A stretch of DNA of 24,000 bases from NCBI GenBank assembly GCA_017515985.1, contig JAFWDV010000017.1, positions 2,076-26,075 on the forward strand, written 5' to 3'. Of the stretch, positions 1 to 8,088 are shown in pieces. Below the pieces are notes generated by a model. It was not told the DNA's origin, made no database searches, and saw only the letters and a program-made list of their open reading frames with translations. The position numbers and the translations under genes were made by a program. The stretch comes from Clostridia bacterium (GTDB lineage: Bacteria > Bacillota > Clostridia > TANB77 > CAG-508). Within the stretch, counting starts at the first letter, position 1; every line of letters starts with the position of its first letter.

Positions 1-495
1 TTCTTTTATAGCGACGATGTTTTCTATTTTAGATAATTCTAGACATGTCTCTGGTAATATATTAACACCTGTTCTACTAGGTACACTATAAACTATTATT
101 GGTAGTGATGTACTACTAGCAATAGTCTTATAATGCTCAACTAAACCTTTTTGCGTTGTCTTATTATAGTATGGTGTTACTATTAATGCTCCATCTACTC
201 CGATAGACTCAGCATACTTTGTCATCTCTATAGCAGCCTTAGTATTGTTTGAACCCGTACCTGCTATAACTGGAATTCTACCTGATACTTTATCTACTAC
301 AAACTTAATAGTATCTTTACGCTCTTCGTCAGTCATAGTAGCCGCTTCTCCTGTTGTACCACATACAATAATAGCATCTACTCCCTCAGATATTTGTTTT
401 TCAATTAAATCTCCAAACACTTTAAAATTTACACCTGTTTCATCAAATGGTGTAGCTATAGCTGTTCCGCAACCTTTAAACAAAATCTTCTTCAT
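1..495 (-). CDS. dapA: 4-hydroxy-tetrahydrodipicolinate synthase, N-terminal part (runs off the left edge)
   Basis: Minus-strand reading [17 protein letters not shown]...[22 protein letters not shown]...[22 protein letters not shown]...[16 protein letters not shown]...[15 protein letters not shown]; AGGAGG ribosome-binding site just upstream of the ATG at 495; neighbour of asd. Confidence 0.95.
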   Translation of the reverse strand, partial: MKKILFKGCGTAIATPFDETGVNFKVFGDLIEKQISEGVDAIIVCGTTGEAATMTDEERKDTIKFVVDKVSGRIPVIAGTGSNNTKAAIEMTKYAESIGVDGALIVTPYYNKTTQKGLVEHYKTIASSTSLPIIVYSVPSRTGVNILPETCLELSKIENIVAIKE

Positions 496-601
496 AAAAA
501 ACCTCCTTTTTTATTTTACAAATCTTTGTTCGTATTAATATAAGTTCCCGTTAGTTACTCATTAATATATAATAAATACTTATTTATATCAATATGTTAT
601 T

Positions 602-1621
602 TTAATTCTTATTGATATATTTAATTAATCCATTTAGTATTTGAACAGCATTACCTCCTGCACCCTTTCTTGTATTATCTGCTACTACCCATAAATTAAC
701 CCCAGATTTTACACTATAGTCTCTTCTTATTCTACCTACTAAAACCTTATCCTGATTATTAGCATCCTTAGGCATTGGATAAATATTATTACTTATATCA
801 TCCTTTACTATTACCCCTGGAGCTTCTTTTAATGTTTCTATTAAATCATTTATTTCAAACTCTTTTTCAAATTCTACATTAATAGATTCACTATGAGAAT
901 TAAATACCGGTACTCTTACTGTAGTAGCTGTAATAGGTAGATTAGATCTTTTAAGAATCTTTCTTGTTTCATCAATCATCTTATGCTCTTCTTTGGTATA
1001 TCTATCATCAGTAAAATCATCTATATGAGGTATACAGTTATTGAATATATCATATGGAAACTTTTTTAATTCATATTTAGTATTAGCCACATAGTTCTCT
1101 ATAGCAGATTCTAAATCTTGTATTCCTCCAAGGCCTGCTCCAGATACTGCCTGATATGTTGAATATACAATTCTTTTTATTCTATACTTTCTATCCAGTG
1201 GGCTTAATGCAACCACAGCCTGTATAGTAGAGCAATTTGGATTAGCTATTATCCCATTATTACGCTCTGCATCTTCCATATTTACTTCAGGAACTACTAG
1301 TGGTACTTCTTTATCCATCCTATAAAAACTACTATTATCAATTACCGTACATTTGTTTTGTACTGCTATAGGTGCATACTTTTCTGAAACTTTTCCACCT
1401 GCTGTAAAAATTGCATAGTCGAAGCCATTATCGAAAGAATGTTCGTTTAATTCCTCCACCGTATATTCTTCATTATTAAATACTATCTTAGTACCTGCAG
1501 ATCTACTAGAAGAAAAGAACTTATATTCACTAATAGGTAAATTATATTTCTCTAAAACATTTCTAGTAACCCTTCCTACCACACCAGTTGCTCCAACGAG
1601 AGCTAATCTATATTTTTTCAT
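602..1621 (-). CDS. asd: Aspartate-semialdehyde dehydrogenase
   Basis: LALVGATGVVGRVTRNVLE N-terminal nucleotide-binding motif, NPNCSTIQAVVAL active-site Cys motif, YQAVSGAG. The start at 1621 (MKKYR) is preferred over 1633 because of the position of the AAGGGG ribosome-binding site. Confidence 0.95.
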   Translation of the reverse strand: MKKYRLALVGATGVVGRVTRNVLEKYNLPISEYKFFSSSRSAGTKIVFNNEEYTVEELNEHSFDNGFDYAIFTAGGKVSEKYAPIAVQNKCTVIDNSSFYRMDKEVPLVVPEVNMEDAERNNGIIANPNCSTIQAVVALSPLDRKYRIKRIVYSTYQAVSGAGLGGIQDLESAIENYVANTKYELKKFPYDIFNNCIPHIDDFTDDRYTKEEHKMIDETRKILKRSNLPITATTVRVPVFNSHSESINVEFEKEFEINDLIETLKEAPGVIVKDDISNNIYPMPKDANNQDKVLVGRIRRDYSVKSGVNLWVVADNTRKGAGGNAVQILNGLIKYINKN

Positions 1622-1699
1622 ATTAATCACCAACCCCTTCTATTAATTGTATAGAAGTATTGTTTATTTATTACATGTTTTTATTTTACACTACAAAAA

Positions 1700-1736
1700 A
1701 ATTCAGTCATACTTTCTATCAAAAGTATAACTGAAC
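1700..1736 (-). terminator. Intrinsic terminator downstream of the 653-aa gene
   Basis: TTCAGTTATACTT...AAGTATGACTGAA stem (one G-U pair) followed by a T-run on the minus strand. Confidence 0.8.
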
Positions 1737-1756
1737 TTAAAAAAGTATTATTTATT

Positions 1757-3718
1757 CTAATAATCATAATCATTATCATCTATAAACAATCTATCTGAAT
1801 CAGAATCATCATACATCATCGTTTCTACCGGTTCTAAATATATTTCATCTATATCATCATTATCATAACTATATTCTCTAACTGGATACTTGTATGCACC
1901 TTGATATATAGTACTTCCTAACTCGCTTTCAATCTGACATTCAATACCGCTCTTAAAATCGCGATCATTATCACGAGCACTATTAATATTATAATATAAT
2001 TCACCGTTTTTAATCTTCTCTATAATTTGCTCCGATGTAATTCTCACAAAACCTTTTTTATCTTCCCAAATATACATAATACAATTATTCTCTGCAAAAT
2101 TATCAAAGCCACCATTAATAAATAACAATGGTTTTATTTTAACTTTATTATTTTCATCGAGAATATATAATCTATCTAGAAAGTCAACAGAATCAACTCC
2201 AAGAAACCAAAACTTGAAATTACTTAGTAAAGATCTCTTTATAGTATTATCATTTGCCATATGTGGCTCAAGAGCAAGTAGTATTCGATTAATAAGTTTA
2301 ACCTTAATTGCAAAAGATTTTCTATTTTCCAAACCATTCTCGCCACATGGATATACAAATATTCCAGGTACACATCCAGCTTCCTCAAATGATTTTAGCA
2401 TCTTCAAAACAATTTCATATTCACTTTCATCTATAGGCTCTTTTTTTAATGCCCTAATAAAGAAATCTTTATATATTCCATATTCTTTGCTTGAAAATGG
2501 TCTTTTGATTCTAGCTTTAATTCCGTTAAATTTTTTTTCTAATTGTCCAAGACAAACTTTGAGCTTTTTGAATTCACCATCTATATACACTTCTTGAATT
2601 TGTCTATTTTGTTTATCTAAAGAAATTTTTATAAAATTTGATGTCTTAAAACCCAGTTTTGATCTATCCATATCTGTTAATCGAAACGCATATTGTTCTA
2701 CACTTGCCATAAGTTCATTTTGTACTTGAGTTCCATCTGCAATGTACATACCAGCATCATTATCCAGGAACAAAACTCTTTTATGAACATGTGAATGCGA
2801 AATAAATGCTTTTATATTTACCTCATTTAATAATCTCGAATATAAGAAAGCCCATGACCTACATGCTATATTATTATTATCTAGTGTGATTTCAGCTGGA
2901 TTTTTATAGTATGTTTTATATATTTCTAGATAATTATTTTCTTTCATTGTCAAATCTCTTTGGTCCTCTATATGCATTATTTCATCATAAGCTAAATTTC
3001 TATTTAAAGCAACAAATAATTGATATGCGAGTTCAACTTGCTCTTCATTTGTTCTATTTTTCTTATTTAGCAAATCTTGAGACACTTCACTAAATATTTT
3101 AGCTTTTAGCTTATCATCTATTTCATATTTTTCATCTTTTATGCCATCAAAACTGTATTGCCTTCTTTCACAATACATCCTTAAAAGATGCATATTTCGA
3201 AGTTGTTTGTCATTTTCTGTTTTTATATTATTCTTTGTAAAGTAGTCGCATATACTTCCTTTACTTAAAACGTATTCACAAAGCTCTTCGTAATTAGTTC
3301 CTTTAATTTGAATTTTTCCGTAAAAAAATGCCTTTAATTTTTCCTCATCATTTATTAATTCTATTACAATTTTTCTAAATTTAGAATTTCTTTCAACAAA
3401 ATCTGAGTCATACTCAAAATCAAAAGAATCACTATAATCAAAACACATAAAAACCGATTGACTTATGTCTTTACATCTTTTAGCAATATTTATTTGCATT
3501 TTGTTGAATTTATATCCATGTTGTCTCAGATAATAAAAGTATTCAATTGTATAATTTGCGTATAAGTCTCCTTCGGAATAATCACAGTTTTTACATTTCT
3601 TTTTATTGTTTAATACATATCTTTTAAAACTCTCTTCATTACTTAATATTTCTCTTACAATGCTCTGCTGAATAATAAAATCTGACTGATTATTCTTTAA
3701 AAACGTTTTAATATTCAT
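1757..3718 (-). CDS. Large uncharacterised protein with a transglutaminase-like (Cys/His/Asp) core
   Basis: 653-aa ORF; NIACRSWAFLYSRLLNEVNIKAFISHSHVHKRVLFLDNDAGMYIADGT has the spacing of a transglutaminase-like C-H-D triad; the rest resembles nothing I recognise. Confidence 0.6.
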   Translation of the reverse strand: MNIKTFLKNNQSDFIIQQSIVREILSNEESFKRYVLNNKKKCKNCDYSEGDLYANYTIEYFYYLRQHGYKFNKMQINIAKRCKDISQSVFMCFDYSDSFDFEYDSDFVERNSKFRKIVIELINDEEKLKAFFYGKIQIKGTNYEELCEYVLSKGSICDYFTKNNIKTENDKQLRNMHLLRMYCERRQYSFDGIKDEKYEIDDKLKAKIFSEVSQDLLNKKNRTNEEQVELAYQLFVALNRNLAYDEIMHIEDQRDLTMKENNYLEIYKTYYKNPAEITLDNNNIACRSWAFLYSRLLNEVNIKAFISHSHVHKRVLFLDNDAGMYIADGTQVQNELMASVEQYAFRLTDMDRSKLGFKTSNFIKISLDKQNRQIQEVYIDGEFKKLKVCLGQLEKKFNGIKARIKRPFSSKEYGIYKDFFIRALKKEPIDESEYEIVLKMLKSFEEAGCVPGIFVYPCGENGLENRKSFAIKVKLINRILLALEPHMANDNTIKRSLLSNFKFWFLGVDSVDFLDRLYILDENNKVKIKPLLFINGGFDNFAENNCIMYIWEDKKGFVRITSEQIIEKIKNGELYYNINSARDNDRDFKSGIECQIESELGSTIYQGAYKYPVREYSYDNDDIDEIYLEPVETMMYDDSDSDRLFIDDNDYDY

Positions 3719-3847
3719 AATTCAACTCCTCAAAACAATCTATTTTAGTTGACATAATATTAATTGTATCATGATATATAATTTTTGTCAATTAATATGA
3801 ATTACTACTCCTCTGTGCGTTGTTTGTGAAGCTTTTATAATATAGAA

Positions 3848-3882
3848 AAACCCGCACAACTTCTCTTTCTGTTGCGCGGGCT
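3848..3882 (-). terminator. Intrinsic terminator downstream of the 76-aa ORF
   Basis: Stem 3851-3860 / 3871-3880 (CCCGCGCAAC/GTTGTGCGGG) then TTTTT on the minus strand. Confidence 0.85.
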
Positions 3883-3941
3883 TTTAAAATTCTTTTGTTC
3901 CTTCTATATAAAAGACCTACCTACATCCTTGCGATGGGTAG

Positions 3942-4172
3942 TCAGGCGTACATCAGGTCGGAAAGGCTCTTGAACATTTCGTGAGCCGGGGCAGTTTCTG
4001 CAAAGGTAATCGTCAGCTTACCGAAGCTATCCTGCCATTCTAACTTGAACTCTGCTGTCCCCAACTTTAACGAATTCTTCTTGAACTCGGTAAAGTCCTC
4101 GTCATTGCCAGTCTGGCAAACGATGGTGACAGTTTTGCCTTTGATACGGACGGAACGAATTTTCTTGTTCAT
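3942..4172 (-). CDS. Small hypothetical protein (76 aa)
   Basis: ORF with GGGAGG ribosome-binding site and its own terminator; GC content above surroundings. Confidence 0.6.
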   Translation of the reverse strand: MNKKIRSVRIKGKTVTIVCQTGNDEDFTEFKKNSLKLGTAEFKLEWQDSFGKLTITFAETAPAHEMFKSLSDLMYA

Positions 4173-4208
4173 TTTGATACCTCCCGGTAATTATACATTC
4201 TTGGAGGT

Positions 4209-4236
4209 ATGAACACCCCCCAAGAAAGGTGTTCAT
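4209..4236. repeat. Perfect inverted repeat (9 bp arms) upstream of the 76-aa ORF
   Basis: atgaacacc (4209-4217) / ggtgttcat (4228-4236). Confidence 0.6.
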
Positions 4237-4350
4237 ATCGAACACTGTGATAGCTGATATTTTATAACAAATTTATTAATATGTCAATAATTTTAGGGAG
4301 CTTTGCATATTGCATCGCTCCCTTCTGCGGATTGTTTGATTTGATTTTTT

Positions 4351-4815
4351 TTAGTTCTTGTTTCGTACCTCGTAGATGAAAACCTTTTCCTCACATTCCT
4401 TGTTATGAAGAATACCACACTGCCAACCGAGATCAAAAAGGAACTTTCTGAAGTTCGGATCAAGCCACTTGATAATCTTCACGTTTTCATCCAGTACAGC
4501 AGAATTGTGAACTATCGGACTAATACCTTTCTTAGAGCCAACATACACGTCATCAAAAGAAATAGTATACTCAGATGCTTTTTTCGGGAAATCATTTGGA
4601 GCCCACTTAAGGGTAAAACCTCGAATCTCAGCCGTGTAGAACTTGGAGCAAAACTCCTTATCGCTCTTGAGCTTTGAAAGCAGGGTTTCCGAAAAAAGTG
4701 TCATAGTATACACCAAACAAGACTCCTTCACGGAATCAATCAAACTTGCGTACACAAAATCATCATGCCCCTCAAAAAACTTTTCGGGAGTTTGAATATT
4801 GTGATTGTGATGCAT
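4351..4815 (-). CDS. Hypothetical protein (about 154 aa)
   Basis: Long ORF; ATG at 4815 preceded by AAAGGAG; the alternative start at 4827 lies too close to that site. Confidence 0.5.
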   Translation of the reverse strand: MHHNHNIQTPEKFFEGHDDFVYASLIDSVKESCLVYTMTLFSETLLSKLKSDKEFCSKFYTAEIRGFTLKWAPNDFPKKASEYTISFDDVYVGSKKGISPIVHNSAVLDENVKIIKWLDPNFRKFLFDLGWQCGILHNKECEEKVFIYEVRNKN

Positions 4816-4939
4816 AAAAACTTGCACTCCTTTCGTACAATCCGCAGCTAACCAATGTCCTTGAACATCAGTAATAGACGGATTATATCACAAAGTTGCT
4901 TTAAATGCAAATATTATGTTATCCTCATAGTACTTGTAA

Positions 4940-5287
4940 TTACCTACTTAACTTATATAGAGCATATTGATTAAGTGAAACTCCCTCTTCCTGTGCTTCA
5001 ATTGATAGCTGATAGTGCAATGATTTTGGTATTCTAACAACAAATTTTCCACTGTAATTCTCACTTACTATAGGCATTGGAATGCTTATATTATGTTCGA
5101 TCTTAATTTCAATCCATTCCTTCATTGCTTCCTTTAAGCTCTTATATGCTTCTTCAAAAGAATTACCAGTGCTTTGGCATCCATCGAGCTCTAAAACCTT
5201 AGCATAGAAGTAATCTCCACTTTCATCTTTTATTGGTTGAATTATATAATTGTATGGTAAATTCATATAATAATCAACATTTTTCAT
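4940..5287 (-). CDS. HicB family antitoxin-like protein
   Basis: YYAKVLELDGCQSTGNSFEEAYKSLKEAMKEWIE-like HicB domain plus a C-terminal arc-type segment SGKFVVRIPKSLHYQLSIEAQEEGVSLNQYALYKLSR; AAGGAGG ribosome-binding site. Confidence 0.85.
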   Translation of the reverse strand: MKNVDYYMNLPYNYIIQPIKDESGDYFYAKVLELDGCQSTGNSFEEAYKSLKEAMKEWIEIKIEHNISIPMPIVSENYSGKFVVRIPKSLHYQLSIEAQEEGVSLNQYALYKLSR

Positions 5288-5529
5288 ATAAAACCTCCTT
5301 AATCTTGTTCTTCATCTTTAGTACAATTTTTTGAATATCAGGCATAACACTCCTCCTTTTATGCTCTGACATCAGTATTATGATACTATATATGATACTG
5401 ATGTGTCAATGTATTTTTTGAAATTATGGCAGACATGCCAAGAAATAAAACATATACGATTTTATAAACTAAATACCATTATATACAAATTGGAGCATTT
5501 TGCAAGAAAAATCGTGCTACAAATTTCGA

Positions 5530-5566
5530 CAAAAAAAACAGACTATAGTTTAAAGCCTATAGTCCG
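5530..5566 (-). terminator. Intrinsic terminator after dgt
   Basis: GACTATAG (5558-5565) / CTATAGTC (5542-5549) stem followed by TGTTTTTTTTT on the minus strand. Confidence 0.85.
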
Positions 5567-5584
5567 CTTTGTACTTAAAATTTC

Positions 5585-6799
5585 TTAGAAACTAATAATC
5601 TCGTTATATATATTAATTACAAAATTATCTGTCATTCCTGCTATAAAATCGATTATAGCTCTACAGTAATCTTGCTCTGTATATTTGTAGACTATCTTGT
5701 TCTTCAAGTTTGTTCCTTGTCTTTCAGTTAATTCCCAATACTTATTAAGCCATTTTCTAAATTGTAGCATTGTATCTGGATAAAACTTCTCCGCTTCTTT
5801 AAAGTTATTCTCTATATCCTCATAGCTCTCAGCATATAAACCTTTAAGAGTGTTGTAAATTCTATTAATTAAAACTCTGAAATACTCATTAGATCCATCT
5901 AAACGTTTATGCAAATAAATGTTCTTATAATTAAAAGCCTTTATTTTGTTCATTAAATTTAGTTTTTCCTCTGAGAAGCATAATCCTTTTTCTATACTAC
6001 TATTATTACATAAATCTATTATCAACTCATTAATAATATTAGGATTATTTAGAGTATCTTCGCTTTTAATATTTAGTATCTCTTTTAGCTCTTCTATATT
6101 ATCTTTAGTTAATAACTTCAAATGAATAGCATCCTCTAAGTCTCTTCCCAAGTATGAAATCTTATCGGAAATTTTTACAACGCAGCCTTCCCATGTATAT
6201 GGGTTATAATGATTCGGCATAGTATATTCTTTAGCCAAATCTATATATTCGGATCTAGGTTTAACGCAATTCTCATCAATCTCACCGCAATGAGAAATAA
6301 TACCATCACGAACTGCATATGTTAAATCAAGGTTCTTTAGATTTCCATCCTCATCTTCTAATAGCTCTATATCATCTACAAAGTGAAGACCATTTCTTTC
6401 GTGCCAGAAAGATTCACCAAGGTCTCTCTTAGCTATTTCGTTAAGTACAACTTCACCTTTATGGCCAAAAGGACTATGTCCCAAGTCATGCGCTATTGAT
6501 ATAGCTTTCGTAAGCTCTGTATTTAACCCTAGATAGTTCGCTATTGTATTACTTATAGACTCAACATAGTTAACATGCTCTATTCTTGTGCATACATGGT
6601 CACTTGCTGGTGAAAAGAATACCTGTGTTTTATGTTTTAATCTTCTATATGCATTACAATGAAGTATTCTAGTATAATCTCTAGCAAACTCACTACGAAT
6701 ATCTCCGCTTCTAGAATATAAATTTTCCTCTCTCTTAATTAAGTTCTCCCAATTAAGGCTTTGCTCTGTTGCAGCCACGCTCTTAAAACTATCTTTCAT
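5585..6799 (-). CDS. dgt: Deoxyguanosinetriphosphate triphosphohydrolase-like protein
   Basis: RSEFARDYTRILHCNAYRRLKHKTQVF, TRIEHVNYVESISNTIA, IAHDLGHSPFGHKGE (HD motif). Confidence 0.93.
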   Translation of the reverse strand: MKDSFKSVAATEQSLNWENLIKREENLYSRSGDIRSEFARDYTRILHCNAYRRLKHKTQVFFSPASDHVCTRIEHVNYVESISNTIANYLGLNTELTKAISIAHDLGHSPFGHKGEVVLNEIAKRDLGESFWHERNGLHFVDDIELLEDEDGNLKNLDLTYAVRDGIISHCGEIDENCVKPRSEYIDLAKEYTMPNHYNPYTWEGCVVKISDKISYLGRDLEDAIHLKLLTKDNIEELKEILNIKSEDTLNNPNIINELIIDLCNNSSIEKGLCFSEEKLNLMNKIKAFNYKNIYLHKRLDGSNEYFRVLINRIYNTLKGLYAESYEDIENNFKEAEKFYPDTMLQFRKWLNKYWELTERQGTNLKNKIVYKYTEQDYCRAIIDFIAGMTDNFVINIYNEIISF

Positions 6800-6831
6800 A
6801 TGTACCTCCCGATATTTTTCTAATAGTGATA

Positions 6832-7296
6832 TTATTCATCTATATTTATATAGTAAAGTTTTTCACCACATTTTAAATCTTCCATAAATATGGCACCAAA
6901 CTGTTCATAGTAATTCTTTAAGTCTGATTTCAAATATAATTTCTTATATCCTCTTGCTCTAGCTTCTCGTATTATAGCATCGTTAAGAATTTTTGAATAG
7001 CCATTGCCTCTATATTTTTCTTTTACATACATCGTAGCATACCACGGTGTCAAATCTGTACGCTCATCTCCATCTGTTGGGAATATTGATATAAACCCAA
7101 TTAATTCATTTTCATTTACTAAAATAAGCTTGCAGAAATTAGAGCTCTCCATTTTACTTTTCAAACTACAAATTTTCTTATCTATGTTTTTTTCGAATTC
7201 ATCAATGCTTGAATCTGGCTCTCCCCATTCATTATGCTCTAATATAGCAATCTCTCTAATAAATTCTGGTCTATCTTTTAAATTATATATCTCCAT
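6832..7296 (-). CDS. GNAT family N-acetyltransferase
   Basis: TPWYATMYVKEKYRGNGYSKILNDAIIREARARGYKKLYLKSDLKNYYEQFGA matches the GNAT acetyl-CoA binding region. Confidence 0.88.
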   Translation of the reverse strand: MEIYNLKDRPEFIREIAILEHNEWGEPDSSIDEFEKNIDKKICSLKSKMESSNFCKLILVNENELIGFISIFPTDGDERTDLTPWYATMYVKEKYRGNGYSKILNDAIIREARARGYKKLYLKSDLKNYYEQFGAIFMEDLKCGEKLYYINIDE

Positions 7297-7362
7297 TTAT
7301 ATTTCCTTTCTATCTCTAATAATATCGAAAAAGAATTTAACATCTGTTACTTGCTTTCAATT

Positions 7363-7956
7363 TCACTTATCAGTAATCTTTATCTCTGGGAATAACTCAT
7401 ATACACTACATCCAAGCATTTCATCTAGCTCATCTCTTAATTTAAGAGCCTCTTTAATGTGATAAACTGTATTAGTATCAACACCTCTTCTTGTCATTAT
7501 CTCAATCAATCTTTGCTCTAAAATCATAAATTTATTTGTACACATTAAATCGCAAAAATTTATAATTTTTTCATATATGGTATACTCATGATTTTTAACA
7601 AATTCTTTTCTAAATTCATATCCATCACTTTGAGGGCTTGGAACACCACCTGCAGTACAATTTATATCATTGTTTAGGTATGAATGCGTTATGCATATAT
7701 TCGCATATTCATCATCATACCCTAGCTCTTTTATGAACTTATATCCATTTATTACATGATGAGTATGCTCTCCATATCTTTTACCTATATCGTGTATAAG
7801 ACCTAACACCTCTGCTTTTTCTGTATCTAAATTAAGTTTTTCAGCAAATCTTCTTGATGCATCTCCAACTTTTTTTGAATGCTCAATCCATCTCCCAGGA
7901 TTTAATTCTTCCGCTTCTCCCAATAATTTTAGAGCTTTCTCTTTATTTAATCTCAT
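7363..7956 (-). CDS. HD domain-containing phosphohydrolase
   Basis: HSKKVGDASRRFAEKLNLDTEKAEVLGLIHDIGKRYGEHTHHVINGYKFI. Confidence 0.85.
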   Translation of the reverse strand: MRLNKEKALKLLGEAEELNPGRWIEHSKKVGDASRRFAEKLNLDTEKAEVLGLIHDIGKRYGEHTHHVINGYKFIKELGYDDEYANICITHSYLNNDINCTAGGVPSPQSDGYEFRKEFVKNHEYTIYEKIINFCDLMCTNKFMILEQRLIEIMTRRGVDTNTVYHIKEALKLRDELDEMLGCSVYELFPEIKITDK

Positions 7957-8043
7957 TTTTTTCTCCTTTGCATTTTTTATTCTGAATTATCCAAAAAGAT
8001 TTTTTGACAGTATAACATATAACACATTTATCTTCAAATAATC

Positions 8044-8074
8044 CATAAAAAAACCAGGAGCATTATTTCTCCCA
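8044..8074 (-). terminator. Intrinsic terminator after ppdK
   Basis: CTGGGAG...CTCCTGG stem followed by TTTTTTT on the minus strand. Confidence 0.7.
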
Positions 8075-8088
8075 GCTTTTTTATCTAA

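Noticed and set aside
245-538. 97-aa plus-strand ORF
   Set aside because: Antisense to dapA, which is clearly coded on the minus strand; biased mirror composition.
2214-3093. Plus-strand ORFs of 127 and 60 aa
   Set aside because: Antisense shadows of the 653-aa minus-strand gene with no ribosome-binding site support.
4405-4677. 90-aa plus-strand ORF
   Set aside because: Antisense to the roughly 154-aa minus-strand ORF, which has the better start context.
5403-5588. 61-aa plus-strand ORF
   Set aside because: Spans the dgt terminator and AT-rich intergenic sequence; no family resemblance.
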